From Candidatus Dadabacteria bacterium (GTDB lineage Bacteria > Desulfobacterota_D > UBA1144 > Nemesobacterales > JADFKM01): a stretch of 64,000 nt of DNA. A program made the translations under genes and the position numbers. This document shows positions 8,012 through 20,261 of the stretch, in pieces. How positions within the stretch are numbered: the stretch's first letter is position 1; the number at the start of each line of letters is the position of its first letter. The stretch is from NCBI GenBank assembly GCA_022564935.1, contig JADFKM010000002.1, positions 2,285 to 66,284 of the forward strand, given 5' to 3'. Below the pieces are notes generated by a model. It was not told the DNA's origin and made no database searches. It saw nothing but the letters and a program-made list of their open reading frames with translations.

Positions 8012-9472
8012 ATGAGAGTACTTCTCGTGCAGCCCCGGCAGGGCACAAGCTTCGGAATAAGTAAAATAGTAACCACCGAGCCACTCGGCCTCGAATCCAT
8101 CGCCTCGCCCATGCTCGAGCGGGGCCACGACGTCCGTATACTCGACCTCAAGGTGGAGAAACCCTCCAGGCTTGACGAGGAGCTAAGAAAGTTCGCCCCC
8201 CAGGCAGTGGGTATCAGCTGCTCTTTTACCACCGACGTATACCCTACCCTCGAAGTAGCATCCCACGTTAAAAGCAATGGTAAAGACATCTACGTGTTCG
8301 TGGGAGGACACCACGCATCCCTGCTGCCCGACGACCTCATGACTTTGGACGTGGACGCAGTGGCAATCGGAGAAGGAGAAGTGACCGGGTATGAGCTCAT
8401 AGGCCAGCTGCAAAATGGCGAAGACCCCTCTCTTGTGAGCGGCGTCATGACCCATGAGAACTTCAATTCAGACAATTTTACTCCCAGAGCCCTCATGAAG
8501 GATATAAACTCCTTTCCCCCGCCTGCAAGACAACTCACAAAACACCTGTGCCATCACTATCACATGGGCTTCGACGGCTCCTTGGCCACTATGGAAACCA
8601 GCAGGGGCTGTCGGTTTGACTGCAACTTTTGCAGCGTATGGGTGTTCTTCGAAAGAACAGCCAGGGTGAAAGACCCACAGAAGGCATTGGAAGAGCTAGC
8701 GGACATAGAGGAAAAAGAGGTGTTCCTTACTGACGACATAGCATTTGTGAACCGGAAAGAGTCTGAAAAACTCGCCCTTCTCCTCAAGAACAATAAGATA
8801 AATAAAGAGTTCACAGCCGAGACCAGAGCGGATTTGATAGTCAAAAACAAGGACCTTATAAAGTTATGGAGAGAGGTGGGGTTAAAGAATATCTTTGTAG
8901 GGATTGAAAAGATAGACGACGAGGGATTGAAATCAGTCAACAAACGCATCAAAGCGACGATCAATGAGGAGGCGCTTGATTTCCTAAAAACGCTGGGGAT
9001 CAAGGCCCTTGCTACCTTTATTGTAGACCCGGAATTTGATGATGAGGATTTTGACCGGCTCGAAGAGTACGCAAGCAAAAACGGTCTTATTGCGCCCACC
9101 TATACCATACTCACTCCGCTGCCCGGCACACAGGTATACGATCAAAGAAAGCACGAGCTCATAACCGACAATTACAAGATGTACGACCTGCTCCACGCAG
9201 TCCTTCCGACAAAGCTTCCCTTGGAGCGCTTCTATCACAGGTTTGCCAATCTGTACAACCTTGGCCATGCGACTTCAAAGTTCGGCCCTCTGTTTGTTTT
9301 AAGATTCCTCAAGAACCTGCGAGGAATGAAATTAAACATCGCTTTTAAGGTGTTTAATCTCATGAGGATGATGAGGACTCCTTCCAGCTACATCGAGCCA
9401 CACTTAGAGCTGGAAAAACTGGCCGCATCCCCTAAGCCCTTCGACGACATACCGGGCACAACTACCCAATGA
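8012..9472 (+). CDS. B12-binding-domain radical SAM protein (class B), substrate unknown
   Basis: N-terminal Rossmann-like B12 domain (MRVLLVQP...VGISCSFT...VFVGGHHAS) followed by METSRGCRFDCNFCSV (CxxxCxxC). 486 aa. Confidence 0.8.
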   Translation: MRVLLVQPRQGTSFGISKIVTTEPLGLESIASPMLERGHDVRILDLKVEKPSRLDEELRKFAPQAVGISCSFTTDVYPTLEVASHVKSNGKDIYVFVGGHHASLLPDDLMTLDVDAVAIGEGEVTGYELIGQLQNGEDPSLVSGVMTHENFNSDNFTPRALMKDINSFPPPARQLTKHLCHHYHMGFDGSLATMETSRGCRFDCNFCSVWVFFERTARVKDPQKALEELADIEEKEVFLTDDIAFVNRKESEKLALLLKNNKINKEFTAETRADLIVKNKDLIKLWREVGLKNIFVGIEKIDDEGLKSVNKRIKATINEEALDFLKTLGIKALATFIVDPEFDDEDFDRLEEYASKNGLIAPTYTILTPLPGTQVYDQRKHELITDNYKMYDLLHAVLPTKLPLERFYHRFANLYNLGHATSKFGPLFVLRFLKNLRGMKLNIAFKVFNLMRMMRTPSSYIEPHLELEKLAASPKPFDDIPGTTTQ

Positions 9473-9818
9473 TCTTTTCCAGAACGCGTGGATTTGAAAC
9501 CCCGCCCCATTATCGCTCTACCCCTTTCCCCACAGTTTTAAACATACATTTGGGAAACGAGCGGGCCCGTTAACTCTAATCACTTCCCGCCTGTTCCATC
9601 GGTACCGCAGCCGACTCAAGCCCTCAATCTTTTTAATTGACGATTGAAATAATACGAGCGGGTGTTTAATGCATAGATTGTTGTGAATTCCAAGCTCCGG
9701 CGGATTCTCTAAATCCCTTGCTCAAGACAGGGTTTATCAACTAACGCTACAGTTTTTGTCAATGTGATTTCGATGTTACGGCAGGTATAATAGGGGTAAT
9801 GCGAGGGGACTCTTATAG

Positions 9819-12023
9819 ATGAGCAACGCCCGGTTCGCCCTTGAGCGCGGTTTGAGCCAAGCGGAGTACGAAAAGATCGTCGGCGACCTCGGCAGGGAGC
9901 CTAATCAGACTGAAATAGGCATCCTTGCAGCCATGTGGTCTGAGCACTGCTCATATAAAAGCTCCCGCACACACCTTAAGAGATTCCCGACAACCGGAGA
10001 AAGGGTGATTCAGGGGCCCGGTGAGAACGCAGGCGTTGTGGACATAGGCGATGGACTGTGCGCAGTCTTTAAGATGGAGAGCCACAACCATCCCTCATAC
10101 ATCGAGCCGTATCAGGGAGCGGCCACCGGAGTAGGCGGTATATTGAGAGACATCTTCACCATGGGCGCTAGGCCGATTGCCCTGCTAGATTCTCTGAGGT
10201 TCGGCAATCCCGCGCTCCCCAAAACAAAATACCTCGTTGACGGCGTCGTTTCCGGCATAGCGGGTTACGGGAACTGCATCGGCATACCGACGGTAGGCGG
10301 AGAGGTGTATTTCGAGGACTGCTACGACGGCAATCCTCTTGTAAATGTCTTCGCACTAGGCGTTTCAAACACTTCAAACATATTCCGCGGTCTGGCGAAA
10401 GGGGTCGGGAATCCCCTCATGTATGTAGGCTCCAAGACGGGCAGGGACGGCATTCATGGAGCAGTTATGGCATCCGAGACGTTCAGCGCCGAGGCCGAGG
10501 AAAAAAGGCCGGCCGTACAGGTGGGAGACCCCTTCACCGAGAAGCTTTTGCTTGAAGCCTGTCTCGAGCTTTTTAAGACCGGCGCGGTCGTGGGTATTCA
10601 GGACATGGGAGCCGCGGGTCTTACGTCTTCATCGACCGAGATGGCATCGAGGGCCGGAACAGGGGTGACCCTTAACATAGACAAAATTCCAATCAGGGAA
10701 ATGGGTATGAGCCCTTATGAGGTCATGCTCTCAGAATCACAGGAGAGGATGCTGATCGTGGTGGAAAAGGGTAAGGAGGGTGTCGTAGAGAAAATATTCG
10801 AAAAATGGGACCTGGATTTTTCCACGATCGGCGAGGTCACAGGAAACCGGGTCCTCAACATTACCAAGGGCGGCGCCACCGTAGCGGACCTCCCAATCGA
10901 GCTGATTACAGAGCAGGCCCCTACATACGACAGGCCGTACTCGAGGCCAAGCTACCTCGACAGGTCGAGGATCCTTGACCTCGATTCGATACCCGTTCCC
11001 GACGACTTAAACTCCGCTCTGCTTTCTATCCTTTCCTCTCCCAATATCTCTAACAAAAAGTGGATCTACGAGCAGTACGACCATATGGTGAGAGCCAACA
11101 CAATTTGTCCGCCCGGCACCGACGCAGCTGTGATTAGAATTAAGGGCACACGCATTGCCCTAGGCCTCACAGTGAACTGCAATTCTCGGTACTGCTACCT
11201 CGACCCATTCACGGGGTCGATGATCTCGGTGGCCGAGTGCGCAAGGAACCTGGCCTGCAGCGGGGCCATGCCTCTGGCCCTGACCGATTGCCTCAATTTT
11301 GGAAATCCAGAAAAAACGGATATTATGTGGCAGTTCAAACGGTCGGTGGACGGGATAAGCGAGGCTGCGGCCGTATTATCAACCCCGGTCGTCAGCGGCA
11401 ACGTCAGTTTTTACAACGAGACCGGAGACAGCGCCATATACCCAACCCCCACCGTCGCTATGGTCGGCCTCATTGACGACTATAAAAATACAACGACCCA
11501 GTGGTTTCAAAATGAGGGGGACGCCGTGGTAATGATTGGGGACACCGAAGTCGAGCTCGGAGGGAGCGAATACCTTAAAACTGTGCACAACTTAATCGCA
11601 GGAGCCCCACCCCGCTTGGACCTCAATAAGGAGCTCGATTTGATAGCAGTTCTCAAAGAATCAATAGACGCAGGCCTGCTGCACTCCGCCCATGACCTAT
11701 CGGAGGGCGGCCTCGGGACGGCGGTATCGGAGTCATGTTTTAACCCGAAGGCCGTTATAGGGGTCAAACTTCACCTTGATTTTGGAATCAGAGAAGACGC
11801 CACGCTGTTCTCCGAGACCCAGTCGAGGGCGCTTGTGTCTGTAGATAAAGCAAACTTGAGTGAGCTACAGAAGATAGCCGACAAACACTCTACGCCCATG
11901 CACGTCATAGGCGAAGTGGGTGGTGACAGACTGAGGATAAAGGAGCTGGTTGACATGCCGGTGGAAGGCGCCTTCAGGGCCTGGAACACCGGATTTGAAA
12001 CCAAGTTGAAGACCTATGGCTAA
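9819..12023 (+). CDS. purL: Phosphoribosylformylglycinamidine synthase subunit PurL (small type)
   Basis: 734 aa. Contains [20 protein letters not shown] and the duplicated PurM-like domains typical of PurL. Confidence 0.95.
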   Translation: MSNARFALERGLSQAEYEKIVGDLGREPNQTEIGILAAMWSEHCSYKSSRTHLKRFPTTGERVIQGPGENAGVVDIGDGLCAVFKMESHNHPSYIEPYQGAATGVGGILRDIFTMGARPIALLDSLRFGNPALPKTKYLVDGVVSGIAGYGNCIGIPTVGGEVYFEDCYDGNPLVNVFALGVSNTSNIFRGLAKGVGNPLMYVGSKTGRDGIHGAVMASETFSAEAEEKRPAVQVGDPFTEKLLLEACLELFKTGAVVGIQDMGAAGLTSSSTEMASRAGTGVTLNIDKIPIREMGMSPYEVMLSESQERMLIVVEKGKEGVVEKIFEKWDLDFSTIGEVTGNRVLNITKGGATVADLPIELITEQAPTYDRPYSRPSYLDRSRILDLDSIPVPDDLNSALLSILSSPNISNKKWIYEQYDHMVRANTICPPGTDAAVIRIKGTRIALGLTVNCNSRYCYLDPFTGSMISVAECARNLACSGAMPLALTDCLNFGNPEKTDIMWQFKRSVDGISEAAAVLSTPVVSGNVSFYNETGDSAIYPTPTVAMVGLIDDYKNTTTQWFQNEGDAVVMIGDTEVELGGSEYLKTVHNLIAGAPPRLDLNKELDLIAVLKESIDAGLLHSAHDLSEGGLGTAVSESCFNPKAVIGVKLHLDFGIREDATLFSETQSRALVSVDKANLSELQKIADKHSTPMHVIGEVGGDRLRIKELVDMPVEGAFRAWNTGFETKLKTYG

Positions 12024-13422
12024 GATTGGAGAAGAATGCGGAGTCTTCGGTATATTTAACCACGCTGAGGCCTCCAACCTCACTTACCTGGGCCTCCACG
12101 CTCTCCAGCACAGGGGGCAGGAAAGCGCCGGAATCGTAACTTCAGACGGCTCGCTTCTCCATGCCTACAGGAGGATGGGGCTTGTATCAGACATCTTCAC
12201 CGAAGATGCCCTTTCAATACTTCAAGGAAGAAACGCCATAGGTCATGTTAGGTACTCTACATCCGGCTCAAGCCATCCCAAAAACTCCCAGCCAATAGTA
12301 GTGACATACTCTAAAGGGGAGATCGCCATTGCCCACAACGGCAACCTGACAAACGCCAGAACCTTAAGGGAGGAGCTTGAGGACAACGGAGCCATATTCC
12401 AATCCTCAACCGATACCGAAGTGATAGTCCATCTTATTGCCCGCTCAAGGCAGGACTCTCTGATGAAAAGAGTCGTTGAAGCCCTGACGCTGTGCAGGGG
12501 CGCCTACTCCATAGTTTTCCTTTCGCCTGAGTGCCTAATCGCCGTTCGCGACCCATACGGGTTCAGACCGCTCGTGCTCGGCAGGCTGGGCAACTCTCAC
12601 GTGATCGCCTCCGAAACATGCGCATTCGACCTCATCGAAGCTCAATTCGTAAGGGACATCGAGCCCGGCGAGCTCCTGGTCATCGAGAACAACGTCCTAG
12701 AGTCATACAAACCCTTTGCCGAGGTAAAACACGCCCACTGCGTCTTTGAGTTCATCTATTTCTCAAGACCCGACAGCTTCCTGTTCGGTGAGAACGTTTA
12801 TCAGGTGAGAAAAGAGCTGGGCAAACAGCTGGCCCTGGAGCAGCCGGCCGACGCCGATATAGTAATCGCGGTACCCGATTCCGGCGTCCCAGCCGCTATG
12901 GGATTCTCCGAGCAAACCGGGCTTCCCCTCGAGCTCGGTCTATTGCGCAACCACTACGTCGGCAGAACTTTTATCGAGCCCCAGCAATCCATCAGAAACT
13001 TTGGAGTCAAACTGAAGCTCAACGCCCTCAGGAACGTCCTGTCAGGCAAGAGGGTCGTGATAGTGGACGACTCGATTGTGAGGGGCACGACGAGCAGAAA
13101 GATCGTGAAGATGACAAGAGACGCGGGCGCCACGGAAATACACATGAGAATAAGCTCCCCGCCGATGAGGTTCCCCTGCTACTTCGGCATAGATACCCCC
13201 GTCAAAGAGGAGTTTGTCGCCAACGGGCTCGACCCGAGTGAGATAAACAAATACCTCACTTCCGACTCCCTGGGGTATCTATCCCAAGATGGAATGATGA
13301 AGGCCGTTTACGCATATAAGTCACTGCAGGACAAAACCTTTTGCAGCGCCTGCTTCACCGGAGCGTACCCGATCGAAATTGAAGACTCGAAAATCAAGCA
13401 AAAACAGTACCGGTTGTTTTGA
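12016..13422 (+). CDS. purF: Amidophosphoribosyltransferase
   Basis: ECGVFGI carries the N-terminal nucleophile Cys; the PRTase loop is [13 protein letters not shown]. Overlaps purL by 8 nt. Confidence 0.95.
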   Translation: MAKIGEECGVFGIFNHAEASNLTYLGLHALQHRGQESAGIVTSDGSLLHAYRRMGLVSDIFTEDALSILQGRNAIGHVRYSTSGSSHPKNSQPIVVTYSKGEIAIAHNGNLTNARTLREELEDNGAIFQSSTDTEVIVHLIARSRQDSLMKRVVEALTLCRGAYSIVFLSPECLIAVRDPYGFRPLVLGRLGNSHVIASETCAFDLIEAQFVRDIEPGELLVIENNVLESYKPFAEVKHAHCVFEFIYFSRPDSFLFGENVYQVRKELGKQLALEQPADADIVIAVPDSGVPAAMGFSEQTGLPLELGLLRNHYVGRTFIEPQQSIRNFGVKLKLNALRNVLSGKRVVIVDDSIVRGTTSRKIVKMTRDAGATEIHMRISSPPMRFPCYFGIDTPVKEEFVANGLDPSEINKYLTSDSLGYLSQDGMMKAVYAYKSLQDKTFCSACFTGAYPIEIEDSKIKQKQYRLF

Positions 13423-13433
13423 AACCAGCCCTC

Positions 13434-16139
13434 TTAACCTATATTGCTCAGGGCTTCCAGGATCTCTTGGAGCTTTGCTTTTTTGATCGAGAGCTCTTTG
13501 AACCTCTCTCTCTCTTTTTCAACCACTTCTTCGGGGGCTCGGTCGATAAAGCTCCTGTTCGAAAGCTTCTTGCCCGACTGTTCTAGGCTCTTAATGAGTT
13601 TCTCTAACTCGCGGTTTATCCTCTCTATCTCCTTGGACACATCTATAAGCCCCTCTACGGGTATAAATACTTCGAGACCGCCCACTACCTGAGCAATCGC
13701 GTTAGCCGGTTTACCGCCACGCGTTATATTCAGCTCGGCCACCCTGCCGAGATTGGCAATCAAGTCCCGGCCCGATTCAGCCTTCCCCCTCATTTTCTCA
13801 TCAGTGGAAAAGAGCGTAACATTCACCGTCGTAGTAGGGTGAAGCCCAACAACCGCCCTAAGGTTCCTTATGGCCGCGATGATCTCTTTTATGAACTCCA
13901 CTAAGGCGTAAGCCTCTTCGTCGCACTCCGATTCGTCAAAGACGGGAAAGGAGCTGACCATTATACTGTCGGCAAGCCCGCCTTCGGGTGATTTCAAATT
14001 TACCCCGATGCTCCTGAGTCTCTGGTAAATCTCTTCGGTTATGAAAGGAGACACGGGATGAAGGAGCTGAAGGGAGTTTAACAGCACCTTTATGAGAACG
14101 CTCTGAGTTCTGTATCGCGCAGGGGTATCCTCACCCGTTAATACGGGCTTAACGAGCTCGATGTACCAGTCACAAAACTCACCCCAGATGAACTGATAAA
14201 TTGTACGAGCCACCTTGTCGAACTCGTAACTCCCCAGCGAGCTCTCGACCTCACGCACGGTGTAGTTGAGCCTCGTCAATATCCACCTGTCTACTATTGA
14301 CGGCTCCGAGGCGCAGCCCTTGCCGGGAGTGTAGCCGCCCAGATTAAGGAACAGGAACCTGGATGCGTTCCATATCTTGTTCATGAAGTTCCTGTAGCCC
14401 TCAATCACCGCGATGGAGAGCTTAATATCCCTTCCTTGAGTAGCAAGGGCCGTGAGAGCGAACCTGAGCGAGTCTGCCCCGTAGGTGCCCATTATATCCA
14501 ACGGGTCGATAACGTTGCCCTTTGTCTTGCTCATCTTCTCGCCTTTCTCATCCCTGATAAGACCGTGAATGTAGACCTCTCTGAACGGCACCTCACCCAT
14601 AAATTTTAGCCCCATCATTATCATTCTCGCCACCCAGAAAAATATGATGTCAAAGCCTGTGACAAGCACGCTTGTCGGGTAGTAATTTCTTAGCTCCGAG
14701 GTCTTCTCAGGCCAGCCCAGGGCGGAAAATGGCCACAGGGCGGATGAAAACCACGTGTCGAGCACGTCCTCATCGCGACTCAGCTCAATATCCACTCCGT
14801 AATGCTCCTTAGCAGCGGCTCCCGCGTCCACTTCGCTAAGCTCGACAAACACCTTCCCGTCAGGGCCGTACCACGCCGGGATGCGGTGTCCCCACCATAT
14901 CTGACGGGAAACGCACCACGGCTGTATGTTCCTCATCCATTCAAAATATGTGGACTTCCAGCGCTCAGGGATAAACTTTATCCTTCCCTGCTCAACGGCC
15001 TCAATGGCCGGAGCCGCAAGCGCCTTGGCGTCGACATACCACTGGTCCGTAAGCCAGGGCTCGATTACAACGCCCGACCGGTCCCCATAGGGAACAACGT
15101 GGACGTGCTCGGTGACTTTGTCAACAAGCCCGAGCTTCTCCATATCCATCACTACTGCTTCCCTTGCCTCGTGACGGTCGAGCCCTCTGTATTTCTCGGG
15201 CGCGTTTTCGTTGAGCGATGCGTCCCGGTCGAATATATTGATTTCATCTAATTTGTGGCGCCTACCGACCTCAAAGTCGTTAAAATCATGCGCAGGGGTG
15301 ATTTTTACGGCCCCTGTGCCCTTCTCAGGGTCGGAGTATTCATCGGCAATGATCGGTATGCGCCTTCCCACAAGGGGGAGTACGACGCTCTTTCCGACCA
15401 GACGGGAGTACCTCTCGTCCTCAGGATGAACGGCCACGGCGACATCACCCAGCATGGTCTCGGGCCTCGTGGTGGCAACGGTGATGTACCGGCCTCCGCC
15501 GTCTTCAATCGGGTACCGGAAGTACCACAGACGACCCTTTACCTTCCGCTGCTCCACTTCCAGGTCGGAGATGGCCGTATGCAGTTTGGGGTCCCAGTTT
15601 ACAAGACGCTTGTCTTTATAAATCAATCCCTGCTTATAAAGCTCCACGAACACCGTCTTAACCGCAAATGAGAGACCCTCATCCATGGTAAAACGCTCTT
15701 TTTCCCAATCCGCCGAGGCTCCCAGCCTGTGTAGCTGCGTTAAGATTTTGCCCCCCGAATCCCTCTTCCACTGCCACACTCGGTTTACGAACGCCTCCCT
15801 TCCCAGGTCGTGACGCGTCAGGGAGCTTGCTTCCAGATCCCTTTCCACTACCATTTGCGTGGCAATCCCCGCATGGTCCGTTCCGGGAACCCACAAGGCA
15901 CTCATCCCCTTCATCCTCCGGTAACGGACTAGGGTGTCCTGGAGTGTGTTATTAAGCGCATGTCCAATGTGTAGAGACCCCGTTATGTTGGGGGGAGGTA
16001 TAACTATTGAGAAGGTGCTGCTTTTCGGGTCGGATGGAGCGGTAAAGTACCCCTTTTCAATCCAGAATTCATACCACTTGCCCTCTACGCTCCCCGGGTT
16101 GTACGTCTTTTCGAATTTAGCCGCCGCGCCACCGTCCAT
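13434..16139 (-). CDS. valS: Valine--tRNA ligase
   Basis: 901 aa. Class I motifs PNITGSLHIGH and KMSKTKGN, with a C-terminal coiled coil. Starts 4 nt after the rpoC stop. Confidence 0.95.
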   Translation of the reverse strand: MDGGAAAKFEKTYNPGSVEGKWYEFWIEKGYFTAPSDPKSSTFSIVIPPPNITGSLHIGHALNNTLQDTLVRYRRMKGMSALWVPGTDHAGIATQMVVERDLEASSLTRHDLGREAFVNRVWQWKRDSGGKILTQLHRLGASADWEKERFTMDEGLSFAVKTVFVELYKQGLIYKDKRLVNWDPKLHTAISDLEVEQRKVKGRLWYFRYPIEDGGGRYITVATTRPETMLGDVAVAVHPEDERYSRLVGKSVVLPLVGRRIPIIADEYSDPEKGTGAVKITPAHDFNDFEVGRRHKLDEINIFDRDASLNENAPEKYRGLDRHEAREAVVMDMEKLGLVDKVTEHVHVVPYGDRSGVVIEPWLTDQWYVDAKALAAPAIEAVEQGRIKFIPERWKSTYFEWMRNIQPWCVSRQIWWGHRIPAWYGPDGKVFVELSEVDAGAAAKEHYGVDIELSRDEDVLDTWFSSALWPFSALGWPEKTSELRNYYPTSVLVTGFDIIFFWVARMIMMGLKFMGEVPFREVYIHGLIRDEKGEKMSKTKGNVIDPLDIMGTYGADSLRFALTALATQGRDIKLSIAVIEGYRNFMNKIWNASRFLFLNLGGYTPGKGCASEPSIVDRWILTRLNYTVREVESSLGSYEFDKVARTIYQFIWGEFCDWYIELVKPVLTGEDTPARYRTQSVLIKVLLNSLQLLHPVSPFITEEIYQRLRSIGVNLKSPEGGLADSIMVSSFPVFDESECDEEAYALVEFIKEIIAAIRNLRAVVGLHPTTTVNVTLFSTDEKMRGKAESGRDLIANLGRVAELNITRGGKPANAIAQVVGGLEVFIPVEGLIDVSKEIERINRELEKLIKSLEQSGKKLSNRSFIDRAPEEVVEKERERFKELSIKKAKLQEILEALSNIG

Positions 16140-16143
16140 GCCG

Positions 16144-19100
16144 TTATTCTTTTACTTGTATAGCTATAGGAATTTCAAGTACGGGCACTTCCACCTCGAC
16201 ATCGCTGTATACGGGAAGGCCCGTGCCGGCCGGTATCAGCCTTCCAAGGATTACGTTCTCCTTCAGTCCCCGCAGTAAGTCGACTTTCCCCTCGCATGCG
16301 GCTTCGGTCAGCACCCTTGTGGTTTCCTGAAAAGAGGCAGCAGAAAGCCAGCTGTCTGTGCTCAGGGACGCCCTTGTGATTCCGAGAAGAAGCGGCTCGG
16401 CAGTCGCGGGCTTTTCGCCTTGAGAAACAACCCTTTCGTTTTCATCAAAAAACATGAGCTTCTCGATGGGCTCCCCCACGAGGAACGTCGTATCACCGGG
16501 GTCCTTAATCCTTACACGTTTTAACATCTGCCTGACGATCGCTTCAATGTGCTTATCGTTTATCTTAACGCCCTGGAGACGGTATACCTGCTGTATCTCA
16601 TCCACCATGTAGCTTGAAAGGGCCATCTCGCCGCGGATCTTCAATATATCATGAGGATTTACGGCACCGTCGACAAGCTGGTCTCCAGCCGACACCCTCT
16701 CTCCTTCTCTCACCAGAATGTGCTTGCCCCTCGGGACAAGGTACTCCTTGGAGAGATCCTCATCCTCATCTGTGATATCAGGAGAGACGATTATGCGCTT
16801 CTTCCCCTTCAGGTCTTTGCCGAAAGCAACGATACCGTCGATTTCCGAAACTACTGCAGGCTCCTTGGGAATTCTGGCTTCAAAAAGCTCGGCGACGCGT
16901 GGAAGCCCCCCTGTAATGTCCTTGGTCTTAGCAGTTTCCCTGGGAATTTTGGCCAGTATATTTCCTGCGTGAATTACTTCTCCTTCGCTTTTCTCTATGA
17001 TCGCTCCAACCGGAAGGGAATAGCTGTACGCATCGCTGCTTTTATCTCTCACAACAAGAGCGGGATGGAGATCGGGGCTCTTGGACTCTATCACGACCTT
17101 TCTAAATATACCCGTTACCTCATCAACCTGATCCTTTACGCTTATACCTTCCTCGAGGTCTACGAACTCTACCACTCCATTTGCCTCGGCAATGAAAGGA
17201 GTATTATAAGGGTCCCACTCCGCAAGGAGTGATCCGTCGCCAACCTTATCATCCTCTTCCACATTGAGCTTGGCTCCCAGCACGAGCGGGTACCTCTCTC
17301 TCTCAAGGCCCCTATCTCCTATGACTGCAATAATTCCCGTTCGGTTAATCACAACCTGCTTGCCTTCGGCATTCCTAACGGCTTTTACCCCGATAAGCTT
17401 GACCGATCCTTCATGCCTGCTCTCAAGCGTGCTCTCGGCGACCCTCTGGCTGGCGGCGCCTCCTATGTGAAACGTCCTCATAGTAAGCTGAGTCCCAGGC
17501 TCGCCTATGGACTGAGCCGCTATTATGCCTACCGACTCTCCTATGTTGGCCAGTTGTCCGGTGGCCAGATTTCTGCCGTAGCAGAGCTGGCAGATCCCTT
17601 GCTTGGACTGACAGGTAAGGACGCTTCTTATCTTGACCTTCTGCAGGCTCCCGGTTTCATCTATAGCCTGAGCTGCTCTTTCATCAATTTCCTGATTAGC
17701 GGCAACTATAACCTCACCGGTATCGAGATCGACTAAGTCCTCTAAAGCTACACGTCCTAAAACCCTCTCGCCAAGTCTCTCGATTATTTCTCCGGCTTCT
17801 ATAAGCGTGCTTATCGTTATCCCGTTTATCGTCCAGCAGTCATACTCCTTAATGGTCACGTCCTGAGCGACGTCAATGAGCCTTCTGGTAAGATAACCCG
17901 CGTTGGCCGTCTTGAGTGCGGTGTCGGCAAGACCCTTTCTAGCGCCGTGAGTCGAGATAAAATACTGTAGAACCGTCAACCCTTCTCTAAAGTTCGATGT
18001 GATCGGAGTCTCGATTATCTCTCCGGAAGGCTTTGCCATAAGCCCCCTCATTCCGGCAAGCTGTCTTACCTGAGTCTGGCTCCCCCTAGCCCCGGAATCT
18101 ACCATCATGTAGATTGGGTTTTTACTTGGCACCGTATGATATTTGCCGTTTTCATCCTTTACTTTGTCAACCGAAAGGGATTTCATCATCTCCTGGGCCA
18201 CTTCATCGCTTGTCTTAGCCCAAATATCTATGACTTTATTGTATCTCTCGCCGTCGGTTATCAGTCCCTGAGAATACTGATTCTGAACCTTGAGTATGTC
18301 GTCATGCGCGCTCTGGATCATTTCCTCTTTTTGCTCCGGAATCTTCATATCCTCAAGAGAAATCGATATACCGGCCTGAGTAGAGTATTGAAAACCCAGT
18401 GTCCTCAGGCGGTCTGCAAGCAAGACGGTGCTCTTTCCGCCCGCCACGCGAAAACAGGTATCAACCAGCTCTTCGACCGCACGTTTGGTCATGACCTTAT
18501 TTACAAGCTCAAACGGCACCACCTCGGGCATGATATCATATAAAAGAACCCTTCCTACGGTAGTGTCCCAAATCCGGTCTTTGATCCTGGCCTTAATCTT
18601 GGCATGTATTTCAATCTCGCCCGTTTCATAGGCCATCCTCACCTCTTCATTCGAGGCAAAAGCCTTCCCTTCTCCCTTTTGAAACGGCATCTCTCTGGTC
18701 ATGTAATACACACCTAAGACTATGTCCTGAGTTGGAAGGATAATCGGCTTTCCGTGTGCCGGAGAGAGTATATTGTTTGTCGACATCATCAGGGTTCTAC
18801 ATTCGGTCTGGGCTTCGATGGAGAGTGGAACATGCACTGCCATCTGGTCGCCGTCAAAGTCGGCGTTGTACGCCGGGCAAACGAGTGGATGTACCTGAAT
18901 TGCCTTATCCTCGATGAGAATGGGCTCAAACGCCTGAATACTCAGCCTGTGAAGGGTCGGGGCGCGGTTGAGCATGACCGGATGCTCCTTTATGACCTCA
19001 TCAAGGGCATCCCACACCACCGGGGCCTCCTGCTCCACCAGCTTTTTCGCAATCTTGATCGTTGCCGCATTACCCCACTTCTCGAGCTTCTGATAAACAA

Positions 19101-20235
19101 ACGGTCTGAAAAGCTCCAAGGCCATTTGTTTCGGAAGGCCGCACTGATGGAGTCTCAGCTCCGGTCCGACGACAATCACCGTACGACCGGAATAATCAAC
19201 CCTTTTCCCAAGAAGGTTCTGCCTGAACCTGCCCTGCTTGCCCTTGATAATATCGCTCAGGCTTTTAAGGGGTCGGTGGTTGTGGCCGAGCACCGGTCTG
19301 CCGCGACGACCGTTTTCAAACAGCGCATCAACAGACTCCTGAAGCATTCTCTTTTCGTTCCGGACGATGATATCCGGGGCTCCAAGCTCGAGGAGCTTCT
19401 TTAGCCTGTTGTTCCTGTTAATCACGCGCCTGTAGAGATCGTTAAGATCCGAAGTCGCAAACCTGCCTCCATCGAGCGGCACAAGGGGCCTCAAGTCGGG
19501 GGGCATTACCGGTATCCGGGTCAGAATCATCCACTCCTGTTTATTGCCCGATCCCTTGAACGCCTCGACTATTCTCAACCTCTTCGTTGTTCTCGCCCTC
19601 TTTACAGGAGAAGTCGAGCTATTCATCTCCTCCCTGAGCTTTACGGAAAGCTCAATGAGGTCGATTTTCTTGAGCATTTCCCTTATCGTTTCGGCTCCCA
19701 TGCCCACTTTGAATGTTGGGCCGTACTCCTCAAGCTCCCTGCGGTACTTGTCTTCGCTTAAAACCTCCCCGAATTTAAGATCTGTCTCCGCCGGGTCGAT
19801 GACGACATAGCATTCGTAATAAAGCACCTTTTCCAGGTCTTTGAGCGTCATATCCAACAGCATTCCTATACGCGTGGGTATACTCCTCAAAAACCAGATA
19901 TGCGCAACGGGCGAGGCCAGTTCTATGTGCGCCATCCTCTCGCGCCTTACCTTGCTTGAGATCACCTCTACCCCGCACTTCTCACACGTTATACCCCTGT
20001 GCTTTAGCCTCTTATATTTTCCACACAGGCACTCATAATCTTTAATCGGACCGAAAATTTTTGCGCAAAACAGACCGTTGCGCTCCGGCTTAAACGTCCT
20101 ATAGTTTATCGTTTCCGGCTTCCGGACTTCCCCAAAAGACCAGGATTTAATTTTGTCCGGTGATGCAATGGAAATCTTTACAGCCTCATACTCCGACGGG
20201 TTTATCGGCTTTTCAAATAGGGATTCAATGTCCAA
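16144..20235 (-). CDS. rpoC: DNA-directed RNA polymerase subunit beta'
   Basis: 1363 aa. Catalytic [13 protein letters not shown] and an N-terminal zinc-binding Cys cluster. Confidence 0.97.
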   Translation of the reverse strand: MDIESLFEKPINPSEYEAVKISIASPDKIKSWSFGEVRKPETINYRTFKPERNGLFCAKIFGPIKDYECLCGKYKRLKHRGITCEKCGVEVISSKVRRERMAHIELASPVAHIWFLRSIPTRIGMLLDMTLKDLEKVLYYECYVVIDPAETDLKFGEVLSEDKYRRELEEYGPTFKVGMGAETIREMLKKIDLIELSVKLREEMNSSTSPVKRARTTKRLRIVEAFKGSGNKQEWMILTRIPVMPPDLRPLVPLDGGRFATSDLNDLYRRVINRNNRLKKLLELGAPDIIVRNEKRMLQESVDALFENGRRGRPVLGHNHRPLKSLSDIIKGKQGRFRQNLLGKRVDYSGRTVIVVGPELRLHQCGLPKQMALELFRPFVYQKLEKWGNAATIKIAKKLVEQEAPVVWDALDEVIKEHPVMLNRAPTLHRLSIQAFEPILIEDKAIQVHPLVCPAYNADFDGDQMAVHVPLSIEAQTECRTLMMSTNNILSPAHGKPIILPTQDIVLGVYYMTREMPFQKGEGKAFASNEEVRMAYETGEIEIHAKIKARIKDRIWDTTVGRVLLYDIMPEVVPFELVNKVMTKRAVEELVDTCFRVAGGKSTVLLADRLRTLGFQYSTQAGISISLEDMKIPEQKEEMIQSAHDDILKVQNQYSQGLITDGERYNKVIDIWAKTSDEVAQEMMKSLSVDKVKDENGKYHTVPSKNPIYMMVDSGARGSQTQVRQLAGMRGLMAKPSGEIIETPITSNFREGLTVLQYFISTHGARKGLADTALKTANAGYLTRRLIDVAQDVTIKEYDCWTINGITISTLIEAGEIIERLGERVLGRVALEDLVDLDTGEVIVAANQEIDERAAQAIDETGSLQKVKIRSVLTCQSKQGICQLCYGRNLATGQLANIGESVGIIAAQSIGEPGTQLTMRTFHIGGAASQRVAESTLESRHEGSVKLIGVKAVRNAEGKQVVINRTGIIAVIGDRGLERERYPLVLGAKLNVEEDDKVGDGSLLAEWDPYNTPFIAEANGVVEFVDLEEGISVKDQVDEVTGIFRKVVIESKSPDLHPALVVRDKSSDAYSYSLPVGAIIEKSEGEVIHAGNILAKIPRETAKTKDITGGLPRVAELFEARIPKEPAVVSEIDGIVAFGKDLKGKKRIIVSPDITDEDEDLSKEYLVPRGKHILVREGERVSAGDQLVDGAVNPHDILKIRGEMALSSYMVDEIQQVYRLQGVKINDKHIEAIVRQMLKRVRIKDPGDTTFLVGEPIEKLMFFDENERVVSQGEKPATAEPLLLGITRASLSTDSWLSAASFQETTRVLTEAACEGKVDLLRGLKENVILGRLIPAGTGLPVYSDVEVEVPVLEIPIAIQVKE

Positions 20236-20261
20236 GACCTACCTCCCAATATTTTATTCAG

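Noticed and set aside
7888-8289. 134-aa N-terminal extension of the mnmA ORF (track start 8289)
   Set aside because: The extension has no MnmA similarity, is Ser/Leu-rich, and overlaps the divergent rSAM gene. The PP-loop begins right after the internal ATG at 7887.
9473-9785. ZTP, purine or PRPP riboswitch upstream of purL
   Set aside because: I could not find the conserved cores (for example ...CCGCCUGGGC... for ZTP, or the purine three-way junction). Only a plausible promoter -10 is present.
16651-19404. Long antisense ORFs inside rpoC (193 aa, 135 aa and 216 aa), and similar ones inside rpoB, valS, bamA, lysS and pyrB
   Set aside because: These are shadow ORFs opposite highly conserved genes. 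Their translations are low-complexity Ser/Leu/Pro/Arg-rich with no recognisable motifs.
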